NCBI GenBank assembly: GCA_046314355.1 | Contig: JBKBWQ010000001.1 | Location: 1 to 64,000, forward strand | Reading direction: 5' to 3' | Source: Candidatus Altimarinota bacterium | Lineage (GTDB): Bacteria; Patescibacteriota; Gracilibacteria; 1-14-2-50-48-13 | DNA length: 64,000 nt | Part shown: positions 47,082-56,708 of the stretch, piece after piece | Layout: each line of letters starts with the position of its first letter | Numbering within the stretch: the stretch's first letter is position 1 | Position numbers and translations under genes: made by a program | Notes under the pieces: model-generated | Told to the model about the DNA's origin: nothing | Database searches by the model: none | Seen by the model: the letters and a program-made list of their open reading frames with translations, nothing else

Positions 47082-47729
47082 ATGGCATCAGATAATATTG
47101 AAAAGAGCTCGGAAGATCGCTTAATAGAAAGAACACCTTTGATTGAGTCTTCACGGATAAAAAATTTCATCAATATGGTTGGAGAGAAACTACGCAACTT
47201 ACTGCAGTCACCTCCATCTACAAAAGAGCATGAAGAATATATGCTGCGTAACATGCATAAGTGGAAAGCATTTTCTTTTGATCCTATTTTTGAGAGACAC
47301 CAGCTTCTGAATGACTTTCAGACACTTATTGATTTTACAGATGACAGTTTAAACAAGAAATGTCCTGGTCTAAATAGTGTCTTGAACGCTCTCATGAGTA
47401 AGAGAATGAGAGATCATCTTAGATTTAATAGAGTGATTAATACACAAGAACAGATACAGATTGAAAATAAATTGCTTATGGAGATAGTAAGTAGTGTCTA
47501 TTTTCAGATGTACGATAAGCTAACTGATGGAATGTATAATGATACTCCACAGCTTAAAAAATATCAGCATGAATATAAAGATGCTGAAGAAATTCTCTAT
47601 TGTTGTCTTAATAAAAAGTTTGACTCTATTCCAAAAAAGCATATCTCTCTTTGGAGCTTATGGGAGAAGTATGGTATTACTGATATATTTGCAAAACCTA
47701 AAGAGCTGCCTCCGGAGAAGCAGCTCTAA
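47082..47729 (+). CDS. Hypothetical protein (215 aa)
   Basis: ORF only. Confidence 0.65.
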   Translation: MASDNIEKSSEDRLIERTPLIESSRIKNFINMVGEKLRNLLQSPPSTKEHEEYMLRNMHKWKAFSFDPIFERHQLLNDFQTLIDFTDDSLNKKCPGLNSVLNALMSKRMRDHLRFNRVINTQEQIQIENKLLMEIVSSVYFQMYDKLTDGMYNDTPQLKKYQHEYKDAEEILYCCLNKKFDSIPKKHISLWSLWEKYGITDIFAKPKELPPEKQL

Positions 47730-47734
47730 GATAT

Positions 47735-48094
47735 TTACTCCTGTTCATCAAGTTTCTGCTTTGCTTCAATAGTATTCACTGGTCGAGCCATAAGAATAAG
47801 CTTTACAATAGCCCATGCAACAAGCCAGTATATAAGCATCGCAAGAAGTGTAGACCATTCAAGTACACTTCCGCTTACGCTATTTGCTGGAAATACTGCG
47901 AGGAATGGAGCGGCGAGCACACCTGAAGTATCATAAATGAATCTTGTAAAACCTGCGGCATCATTTGCATCAAGAAGTTTGAGTACAAACCTAAGCAGCA
48001 AAAGTGATTCGATAAGTCCAAGTACGTACCAAACGACCTGTGTTCCACGGAAAAGAGGTCGGATCTGTGAAGTGCGGTTTTCCTGATATTCCAT
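47735..48094 (-). CDS. YggT-like membrane protein
   Basis: LLLRFVLKLL.AN....F..FIY..S..L.APF...F, EWSTLLAM. Confidence 0.75.
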   Translation of the reverse strand: MEYQENRTSQIRPLFRGTQVVWYVLGLIESLLLLRFVLKLLDANDAAGFTRFIYDTSGVLAAPFLAVFPANSVSGSVLEWSTLLAMLIYWLVAWAIVKLILMARPVNTIEAKQKLDEQE

Positions 48095-48223
48095 AGAAGA
48101 GAAGAGTAAGTAGTATAATCCACAAGTATCTCTTCTTTTGATCAAACTGTCAAATTTTACTGTTATAAAAATATAAAAGAGTCTAAAAATAGACTCTTTT
48201 ATATAACGTTTTTAACACTGCAA

Positions 48224-48760
48224 TTATGCACTAAACTTTTTCTTATGATCTTCCACTCCAGTTGTAATTTTCTCAAAGGCAGCTTCCTTTGTATTAAATC
48301 CTTTTACATCTACTTCCTTATTCTTGATCTTCTTGTAGTTTGAGAAGTAGAAAAGAATTTGTTTTCTATACTGTTCAGGAAGATCCTCTATTACCTGTAC
48401 TTCATTCAGTCTTGCATCATCTGCAGGAACACAGACAATTTTGTCATCTTTCTCTCCGCTGTCGATCATCTCGAGAAGCCCGATCACACGGCAAGGGACC
48501 ATCACTCCCATCTGAATAGGATTTGTACAGATCACAAGTGCGTCAGCAGGATCATTGTCATCAGAGTTCCAGCACTGTGGGATAAATCCATAATTCGTTG
48601 GGAACGGCATTGGAGCATAATTCACACGGTCTAGAAGAAATATGCCTTTTTCGTGATCATACTCATACTTCATATTTGATCCTTCTGATATCTCAATGAT
48701 TACATTTACTTCTTCAGGAAGCTTATCTCCAGTAGGAATTGAATGGTATAGACTCTCCAT
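48224..48760 (-). CDS. ppa: Inorganic pyrophosphatase, family I
   Basis: IEI..GS..KYE, LDRV, NYGFIPQ, DNDPAD, DSGEKDDK. Confidence 0.95.
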   Translation of the reverse strand: MESLYHSIPTGDKLPEEVNVIIEISEGSNMKYEYDHEKGIFLLDRVNYAPMPFPTNYGFIPQCWNSDDNDPADALVICTNPIQMGVMVPCRVIGLLEMIDSGEKDDKIVCVPADDARLNEVQVIEDLPEQYRKQILFYFSNYKKIKNKEVDVKGFNTKEAAFEKITTGVEDHKKKFSA

Positions 48761-49031
48761 GACAATAGAACAAAATATAAAATTTATGTACTGGTAGTGT
48801 AGCGAAAAGCACCCTAAAGTCAACGTTCGCAGGAACTGTTGTAACTTTATAATTACAGTACCCGCTTGGCAAAATATCAGGTGTGTGTAAAGTCATGCAT
48901 GTGGATCAGAGATGAGCTACATATCCCGGGGGTGGAGAGGTGCATCCCCGGGGCTAAACTTTTTAAAAATGAAATGAAATTGTGATATAATAGAATAAAA
49001 TAAATTTAAATCAAATCTGCCCCTCCATCTC

Positions 49032-52000
49032 ATGAACATACAAAGAATCTTCGTAGGACTCTTAGTTGGTCTGACCTTTGTTGCAATATCAGTCACAGAT
49101 ATTACGCAATTATTTAACGGTGTTAGTCTTACAAGAGCAGCTGCTCCTGGTGAAACAATCATTATTCCTAATAATGGTCAAAACCACTCTATTATCTATG
49201 AAAATTCCATTGCGTTTGATAGTAATGGTTTTGCAGGTATAGCAGTAAAAAATAGGCAGACAGAAGGAATGCAGTACATACATTGTCAGGACATGGACTG
49301 TAGTTCTAAGAGTGTAGTGACAGTAGATAATACCAATAATACAGGAATAACTAATTCTGTTGCTATTGGATCTGATAATTTTGCAAGGCTGGTATATGAC
49401 GAGAATCCAGGAGGAATTATCAGGTTTGCCCGCTGTTTAAATATAAGCTGCAGCAGTAAGACAATTACAAATATCGGGTCCGGCTATCCTAATAAAACTC
49501 AAATCTATATGGGAGCGGACGGATATGCACGAATTGTTTATGATAATGGAGATATATACTTTGTGCAGTGTACTTCTGATGACTGCAGTACACGTACTAC
49601 GGTAAGTGTAGGTACAGGATCATCCCCTTCATTTGTATTGAAAAGCAATAATTACGCTCAGATTACATTTCAAAGTAATACTAGTGAACTAACATTTGTG
49701 AACTGTTATTCATCTAACTGCGGTTCAAAGGATGTGAGTGTTGTAGATACAAGTGCAGATAATATTTCAATTAGTCATGGAGGTGATGGTAAGGCTATAA
49801 TTAGTTATAGAAAAACAGGAGGAGCAAATGATCTCATGTTCGCACGTTGTACTGAAGATTCTTGTTATACTCCGCAAATAGTCACCATTGATAGTGCTAA
49901 TAGTGTAGGTAATATGAGTAAAATAGGAAAAGGATTTGATGGATATGCACGTATTTCATATTTAGATTCCACAACAGGTTTAATAAAATATGCCGCATGT
50001 AGAGATTTTACTTGTACTACGACAAACATTATTTCCATTAATACGCCAAATACTAATCCTACGCTCTTTCAGGGGATGGCAGTAGCTCCGGATGGCTTCT
50101 CTCGAATCGTGGGGTATTCCTTTGGAAGCTCAGGAGGAAATCTTGTGAATTATATTAGATGCTTTAATAGTACATGCAGCGCCAATGATGATCCTTTAGC
50201 ACCTACAGATTTGTTTAGTAATAACACTCCTCCGGGTGCTCAGGGAGGGGAGATAAATCCTGAAGATTTACATAGCGGAAATATATCTTTTTCAGCAGTG
50301 TATCATGACCCAGATGGAGATAATGGAAATAAATATCAGCTCCAAATCTCTACTGAACAACAGTTTGCTACAACGTTCTACGACAGTGGCGTAGCTGGTA
50401 CAAATATGACTAATGTCGCCGATGGAGCGAGAACAGTGAATATTACTCCGGCTATAGGTTATGCTGCGAACAAGACTTATTACTGGAGAATCCGTTTCTG
50501 GGATGTAAATGGAAATATTGGATTTTACAGTGACAGGCAGTTTTTTACAATACCAGATACTACTTCCCCATACCAACAGGGATTACCTAGTAGTTTGCGA
50601 GGTGCTGTCCAAGCGAGTGGTGCCGTTGATGCTGATGGATTTATGCGGTATGTCGCCTATGATCAATCTCTTGGCGGCTATGCCCATGTGCTATGTACTA
50701 ATGCACTTTGTAATAACCCTACCGTTACTCTTATCAATGCTCCATCAGAGCAGGGAGGACAAAGCGTCAATATACTTGTAGGATCCGATAATCTTTCAAG
50801 GATTGTCTATAATGGTCTTGGTTCTGGACCTTCTACTATTGAATATGTCCAGTGTTACTCTCCTGATTGTTCAAGCAATGCAGCGCATACTTTTCTAAAC
50901 CATGCCACGCAGCTGAGGTTTGCCCTAGATAGCAATGATATGCCTAGGATACTTGCTGGTAGTACTCAAAATGGCACTTTAAAATTTATCGAATGTACAG
51001 CTCAGGATTGTTCTTCTTCTAACATTACAACCCTTCCAGGCATTGCATTGAGTTTTTCAAATTATATGACTTTGGGTCTAGTAATGGGACTGGATGATTT
51101 TGGAAGAATAGTATATGGGGAAGATAATGCTACCTCAAAACCTTACTTTATCCAATGTCTTAATAGTGAGTGTAGTCAGCAGAACACAACAGAACTCGAG
51201 AGTAATAATTTTGAGTTTTATAATCTAACTATGGATATTGGAGATGACGGATTTGCGAAGATTATGATCCCAAACTACTCCGCTCATGAACTCTATTATT
51301 ATTCTTGCAGCTCAGATGATTGTAGTACAAATACCAAATATAACTTAGGAAGCATTACAAATCTTCTAGGGTTTGATATAGGTTCCAATGGCTTTCCGAG
51401 ATACACTCTTTTTAACGGAAGTGAGCTCACGTACAATGTATGTACGGGCAGCGGTTGTGTGACTCCTCAAACCATATCAGTAGCAAATATACCTTTTGCA
51501 AGTGGAGGTATGCAGCTTGATCTTAATGATAAACCTCATTTCTGGTTTTTAGATTCTTCACTTGAATTCCAGCATCTATATTGTACAAGCTCTACCTGCA
51601 GTACAAATGCTGCGCCATCATCACCAAGCGGTCTTTATGCGAATATAGTTGTTGAAACTGCGCAGAGTGGTCGTACGGATCCTAATGATCTTTCTTCCAA
51701 TCAGATCGTATTTAGTGCTGTATATAATGATCCTGATTCCACTGATACTGCTTCAAAATACCAGCTGCAGATTGCAGACGACAATATGATGACAAATATT
51801 ATTTATGACTCTAGTGAGGCTGATCTTGGTTTATCCCTTGCGGTAGGAGAACGTGTGCCAGACATTATTACTACTTATACATTTCAGGAAGGACAACAGT
51901 ATTACTGGAGGATAAAATTTTATGACAATACTGGTACAGAAGGTGCGTATTCTAGTATATCTTCTTTTGCATATGTAGATTTGATAAGCCCTTTTGCCTC

Positions 52001-54320
52001 AAGCGTCCCTCCGGATGCGGATACCCTTGTTGCAATTGATTCAAATGTTACACTCTTGTTTGAGGATGCCGAGACGGGAGTAGACAGTGCTACTATTGAT
52101 GTTTCCATAGCAGGAGTAGACGCGGTTCTAGATGGTATCTGTCAGCCAGGATATAACTGCAGCATTACTGCTCAGAATACCGGATATCAAGTATCTATCA
52201 ATCCTGATAGTAATTTTGCACCGAATTCGACAATAACTGTAGACTTTAGTGTTTCGGATAATGCAGCAGTACCAAATGTGATGACCAATGGGCAAATCTC
52301 TTTTTCAACAGCAGGCACACCCGACACCTCTGCCCCTGTTGTTGGAGCACAACTACCCGCTGTAAATGCTATAAATGTAGTGCCGTCTACTCCTATAAGT
52401 TTTGAAGTAACGGATATAGGAGGGGTGGATCAGACTTCCATAGAAGTTCAGATTACCTCTACTGCAGCAGTGACTGCAGGTGTTTGTCAAAGCGGATTTA
52501 CTTGTGAGATCGTACCAATCACCAATGGATATAAGGTAACAATTCAGCCTGCTAGCTCTTTTGCAAATGCCCAGACAGTCAGTGTATCATATGATGTTGC
52601 AGACCTTGCATCGTCTCCGAATACTTTTTCAGGCACTTGGTCATTTACAACAAGTAGTCCTGCACCGATAATTCCTGGCGCAAGCACAGGCAACGGAGGC
52701 GGGGGAGGCTCTAGCTCAGCTCCATCTACACCTTCGGAGCCTAGTAATCCAAATCAAAATACGATTACTCCTTCTGACAACCAAAATAGTAATGCAGTTG
52801 CCAATGTAAATAATAATTCAGCTCTGCAGAATACGAATACGAATCAGTCGAATCAGCAGGTGAATAGCAATTCAAATACTTCAAATACGAATTCCAATAT
52901 TGTAAATGTGAACAGCAATGCTTTAAGTGAAAACATAAACCAGAATACACCTCAGGCATCAAATTCAAATGCAGTTTCTAATGTAAATCAGAATGGAAGT
53001 TCACAAGTAAATCAAAATACTGCTCAGCCTTCTGGATCTACTATAGTTAATAATACCCGTAGTTCTGGAGTGTCTTTCAATGGTGAGACTAATTTTGATA
53101 CTATTCCTTCGAGTACAAATACTAGTACAGTCTCTCTTTCTCCTGACTTCATTGGTGTGGCTACGCATACTTCGGCTCCTTTAGTGCCAGTGACTACTAC
53201 AGAGCAGGTTCCTTCTACATTTATTCCTGTTGAAGAGAGTACTGTGGCAGCATCTCTTAAAAAAGATTCAGATGGAGACGGAGTAAGTGATGATGATGAG
53301 AGATTATTATTTGGTACTGATCCTCTACATGCGGATACAATGTCTGAAAAGAGTACTGTCTACATAGCGAATCTGCCTGATAATACAGTCATGAACGAGA
53401 CTGCTCCTGCAGTATTGGGATCTACAAAACCAAATCACACAGTACAGTTGTATGAGGTTCTTGCCGATGGAGAAAAGCGTCTCTTAGGAAAAACTCAGAG
53501 TGATAGTAAAGGAATCTATAAAGTGAAACCTGAAACTGCACTCTCAGAGGGAATGCATATTCTCCAAGTAGGAGTCACAAATGAAAATGGAGCAGAAATA
53601 GAAAGTATAACAAAAAAGATTATTGTTGATACCGTCTCTCACGTTGACTTACCAGTACTGAAAAGTGTTTGTGCGCAGGCAGGTTTTATCAAAATTAAAG
53701 GACAAAGTTCTTCAGGTACAGTGATCCAGGCAATATTTGAGAGTCCTATACAGACAGCGCTTATCAAAGTAGAACAATCAGATGGAACATTTACAATGAG
53801 TTCTCCTGCGGCTTATGAAAAAGGTACCTATACGGTCACTGTAAATGCCATGGATGCATCTGGAAAGCGTTCTAAAGATGTAATTGTACAGATTAATATC
53901 GGAGATGATGACTCTTGCATGCAGTCACATCAGTCTATTCATGCAGCTGCTGATGAGGGTTCTTCAGGAGGAGTGCTTAAGTTCCTTCTGCTTCTATCTT
54001 TAGTAATGATCATTGCAGGTATCTTTATATTCACTCAGGATACTGTGGTTTATAAATTATCTGAGGCTGAGTTAAAGCACGTTCTTGCCACTGGTGAGTA
54101 TACTGTTGCCAACGAGCCATTTACGTTGTTCTCTCCTAGATTTATAGGATTTCTCAACATGTATGATAAAGGAAAAACGGCTTTTGGAAGAATCACGAAA
54201 CGTGAAAATCATGGAAGTACGGCAATATATCATTTCAGCATTTTAGAAAATACTTCGTATAAGGGGAAAACAGTTGTTGACGGATCATATATTTCTTCCC
54301 GCAATTTCAGACATATGTAG
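49032..54320 (+). CDS. Giant surface protein: Cys-pair propeller-like repeats, FN3/Ig-like domains, Asn/Ser linker, TSP3-like Ca motif, C-terminal TM
   Basis: Signal peptide; repeated C-x4-CS units; two YQLQI...YD...YYWRI.F.D units; DSDGDGVSD; late TM helix. Confidence 0.85.
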   Translation: MNIQRIFVGLLVGLTFVAISVTDITQLFNGVSLTRAAAPGETIIIPNNGQNHSIIYENSIAFDSNGFAGIAVKNRQTEGMQYIHCQDMDCSSKSVVTVDNTNNTGITNSVAIGSDNFARLVYDENPGGIIRFARCLNISCSSKTITNIGSGYPNKTQIYMGADGYARIVYDNGDIYFVQCTSDDCSTRTTVSVGTGSSPSFVLKSNNYAQITFQSNTSELTFVNCYSSNCGSKDVSVVDTSADNISISHGGDGKAIISYRKTGGANDLMFARCTEDSCYTPQIVTIDSANSVGNMSKIGKGFDGYARISYLDSTTGLIKYAACRDFTCTTTNIISINTPNTNPTLFQGMAVAPDGFSRIVGYSFGSSGGNLVNYIRCFNSTCSANDDPLAPTDLFSNNTPPGAQGGEINPEDLHSGNISFSAVYHDPDGDNGNKYQLQISTEQQFATTFYDSGVAGTNMTNVADGARTVNITPAIGYAANKTYYWRIRFWDVNGNIGFYSDRQFFTIPDTTSPYQQGLPSSLRGAVQASGAVDADGFMRYVAYDQSLGGYAHVLCTNALCNNPTVTLINAPSEQGGQSVNILVGSDNLSRIVYNGLGSGPSTIEYVQCYSPDCSSNAAHTFLNHATQLRFALDSNDMPRILAGSTQNGTLKFIECTAQDCSSSNITTLPGIALSFSNYMTLGLVMGLDDFGRIVYGEDNATSKPYFIQCLNSECSQQNTTELESNNFEFYNLTMDIGDDGFAKIMIPNYSAHELYYYSCSSDDCSTNTKYNLGSITNLLGFDIGSNGFPRYTLFNGSELTYNVCTGSGCVTPQTISVANIPFASGGMQLDLNDKPHFWFLDSSLEFQHLYCTSSTCSTNAAPSSPSGLYANIVVETAQSGRTDPNDLSSNQIVFSAVYNDPDSTDTASKYQLQIADDNMMTNIIYDSSEADLGLSLAVGERVPDIITTYTFQEGQQYYWRIKFYDNTGTEGAYSSISSFAYVDLISPFASSVPPDADTLVAIDSNVTLLFEDAETGVDSATIDVSIAGVDAVLDGICQPGYNCSITAQNTGYQVSINPDSNFAPNSTITVDFSVSDNAAVPNVMTNGQISFSTAGTPDTSAPVVGAQLPAVNAINVVPSTPISFEVTDIGGVDQTSIEVQITSTAAVTAGVCQSGFTCEIVPITNGYKVTIQPASSFANAQTVSVSYDVADLASSPNTFSGTWSFTTSSPAPIIPGASTGNGGGGGSSSAPSTPSEPSNPNQNTITPSDNQNSNAVANVNNNSALQNTNTNQSNQQVNSNSNTSNTNSNIVNVNSNALSENINQNTPQASNSNAVSNVNQNGSSQVNQNTAQPSGSTIVNNTRSSGVSFNGETNFDTIPSSTNTSTVSLSPDFIGVATHTSAPLVPVTTTEQVPSTFIPVEESTVAASLKKDSDGDGVSDDDERLLFGTDPLHADTMSEKSTVYIANLPDNTVMNETAPAVLGSTKPNHTVQLYEVLADGEKRLLGKTQSDSKGIYKVKPETALSEGMHILQVGVTNENGAEIESITKKIIVDTVSHVDLPVLKSVCAQAGFIKIKGQSSSGTVIQAIFESPIQTALIKVEQSDGTFTMSSPAAYEKGTYTVTVNAMDASGKRSKDVIVQINIGDDDSCMQSHQSIHAAADEGSSGGVLKFLLLLSLVMIIAGIFIFTQDTVVYKLSEAELKHVLATGEYTVANEPFTLFSPRFIGFLNMYDKGKTAFGRITKRENHGSTAIYHFSILENTSYKGKTVVDGSYISSRNFRHM

Positions 54321-54420
54321 CGCTGTTTCGTAAGGATAAAAGCCTTTCTCATATACCTTAAGAGAAAGGCTTTTATAAAAATACTTTTTTTTCTTGCCAA
54401 TGAAAACGAATGGTATGTAT

Positions 54421-54444
54421 AATGGTGATGAAAATATTACCATT
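54421..54444. promoter_or_regulatory. Imperfect inverted repeat overlapping the -10 of lexA-dinB (candidate operator)
   Basis: aatggtgatg-aaaa-tattaccatt, overlapping TG-TATAAT. Confidence 0.4.
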
Positions 54445-54500
54445 TTTCTTCCCAACTGCCTATGATGATTTACACCTCAGCAAGACCCGTACAGACACAG

Positions 54501-55094
54501 ATGATTATAAAGACCACCTCAGACCGCGTTTACCGTTTTCTAAGGGACTATTTTAATACTACAGGATATGCTCCCACAGTAAGGCAAATCATGCGGTATA
54601 TGGGACTAGGTTCTACAAATAGTGTCTACAAACACCTTAAAAAACTTGAACGTGAAGGAAGGATTTCCCGTACGACTACTGGAAAGATTATCCTTGGAGA
54701 ATCAAGCAGCCAAGCTCTTCCATTTCTTGGAGGTATTAAGGCAGGATTTTCCGCACCCGCTGATGAAGCAGGAATGGACGTTCTTTCTCTTGATGAATTT
54801 ATGATTCATCATCCAGAGCGGACATTTCTTCTTACAGTCCGGGGAGATTCTATGCAGGATGCAGCAATTGTAGAAGGGGATTACGTTCTGGTTGAGAGAG
54901 GTGCCGCTCCTCACCATGGGCAGATTGTAGTGGCTGCTATCGATGGCGCATTTACCCTAAAGTACTTTATGAAGGATCAGGGAAAGACTTTTTTGAGAGC
55001 TGCTAATCCAAAGTATCCTGACTTTTATCCCTCTGAGGAGCTGCAGATTGTAGGAGTAGTGATTGGGGTTATGCGGAAGTGCTTTCGTTCATAA
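54501..55094 (+). CDS. lexA: LexA-family repressor / S24 autopeptidase
   Basis: GYAPTVRQI wHTH, KAG cleavage site, GDSM serine, TLK lysine; start could be 54462. Confidence 0.88.
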   Translation: MIIKTTSDRVYRFLRDYFNTTGYAPTVRQIMRYMGLGSTNSVYKHLKKLEREGRISRTTTGKIILGESSSQALPFLGGIKAGFSAPADEAGMDVLSLDEFMIHHPERTFLLTVRGDSMQDAAIVEGDYVLVERGAAPHHGQIVVAAIDGAFTLKYFMKDQGKTFLRAANPKYPDFYPSEELQIVGVVIGVMRKCFRS

Positions 55095-55106
55095 TATCCA
55101 TGTCTC

Positions 55107-56348
55107 ATGTATTCTGATACATCCAGCTGTATATTTCATGTAGATGCTGATTCTTTTTTTGCATCAGTTGCAAGAGCAAGGGATCCTTCTCTCTCAGATA
55201 AACCAGTCTGCGTGGTGGCAGGAGAGAGAGGGTGCGTCCTTGCTGCTACCTATGAAGCCAAGAAGCTCGGTATACATACAGCAATGCCCTATCACCAGGC
55301 AATAAAAATACTGCCACTATATAAAGCTTATTATGTACCTGCTCACTTCAGAGACTACGCACAATATTCTGATATGATGTTCCGAATACTCAGGGAGTAC
55401 TCTCCGCAGGTGGAAGAGACCTCTATAGATGAAGGGTATATGGATATGACTGGATGTGAAAAAATGCATGGAAAAAATTATTCTCAGATCGCTCAAATGA
55501 TACAAAGACGTATCAAACGTGACCTAGGGTTGCCGGTATCCTTTGGTATCGCATCCACAAGAATTCTGGCAAAAATAGCTTCAAAGAAATCCAAGCCCTT
55601 TGGAGTATTGAATATTTATCAGCAGAATATTAGAGAGTTTCTGGCAGGTACAACATATGAAGATGTACCTGGAATAGGAAGAAAAAGTCAGGCTCTTCTG
55701 ACGAGAAATGGTTTTCATACACCTCTGGAATTCTCGCTCACATATGAATCTATGTCACGCAGCCTCCTTGGGCAGCCCGGGACAGTACTTTGGAATGAGT
55801 TAAATGGACGATTGAGAACTCCAGTAGCTCTCAGTCATAGTATACCAAAATCACTGTCCAGAATAAGATCCTTCAAACTTACAAAGGATGTTTCATTTCT
55901 CAGATCAGAATTTATCCATCATGTACTGTTATGTACTTATAAGCTCCGTAAAAAAGGACTAGTTGCGAAACGTTTTTTATTTTATTTCAGAGATGCCAAT
56001 TATGAACGTCCAGGTAAAGAATATTCAGAAGAAATGCCGCATAATAGTGCTTTTAAATTTCTTAGTCGCTCTCTTCCAGATTTTCTACGTATCGCTGGGA
56101 GCGTAAATGCACGTTCTGTGGGAGTAGTATTTGTAGATCTCATACAAGACAAGGGAAGACAGCCCTCTCTTTTTGCTGAAGACAACCTTATCTTTAGACA
56201 AGAGGATTTTCTCAAGGCAGCAGACAAGATAAATGAAAAATTTGGGAAGTATACGGTGATCCCTGCATCGCTTGATGCTAAGATATTTTCAAGGGAGCCT
56301 TGGACGGTGGAGCTCTTGAGCGTGCCGTACCTTGGAGAAGTAAAATAG
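55107..56348 (+). CDS. Y-family DNA polymerase (DinB/UmuC-like)
   Basis: HVDADSFFAS, ATYEAK..G, SIDEGY, LAKIAS..SKP.G. Confidence 0.92.
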   Translation: MYSDTSSCIFHVDADSFFASVARARDPSLSDKPVCVVAGERGCVLAATYEAKKLGIHTAMPYHQAIKILPLYKAYYVPAHFRDYAQYSDMMFRILREYSPQVEETSIDEGYMDMTGCEKMHGKNYSQIAQMIQRRIKRDLGLPVSFGIASTRILAKIASKKSKPFGVLNIYQQNIREFLAGTTYEDVPGIGRKSQALLTRNGFHTPLEFSLTYESMSRSLLGQPGTVLWNELNGRLRTPVALSHSIPKSLSRIRSFKLTKDVSFLRSEFIHHVLLCTYKLRKKGLVAKRFLFYFRDANYERPGKEYSEEMPHNSAFKFLSRSLPDFLRIAGSVNARSVGVVFVDLIQDKGRQPSLFAEDNLIFRQEDFLKAADKINEKFGKYTVIPASLDAKIFSREPWTVELLSVPYLGEVK

Positions 56349-56350
56349 GC

Positions 56351-56595
56351 AAAAAAAACCAGCGAATTGATCATATATTCTATCGGCGTTAGGAACGAGT
56401 CGATATGTAGCTCTTAGAGCATGATGCTCTAAGGACAGTGAATATAGATAATTCTGCTGGTGCGGCACTCTTTTTAAAAGATTGTGCCAATATTCCTCTC
56501 TGAAAGGAAAAAAAGAGAGGATGAAGAATTTTTGTGTATGGATCAAAATAAATTGTCACGAGCAGGTTTTACCCTGCTCGTTCTAAGAAGATCCG
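56351..56595 (-). ncRNA. Candidate structured non-coding RNA (about 245 nt)
   Basis: Minus-strand TTGACA-N16-TAGTAT promoter (56628-56601); five or more hairpins; ends in long stem plus U8. Confidence 0.5.
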
Positions 56596-56708
56596 AGGGA
56601 ATACTAGGACTTTTTTAAAAAATGTCAACTATTCTTGCCGTAGGTAGAAAAAATGGTAAAAATGTATAACGTATGTTACAATACTAAGATATATTTTCAT
56701 ACATACAT

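Noticed and set aside
56289-56546. 85-aa minus-strand ORF
   Set aside because: Non-ATG start, crosses a terminator and overlaps the polymerase 3' end; dense hairpins favour a non-coding RNA
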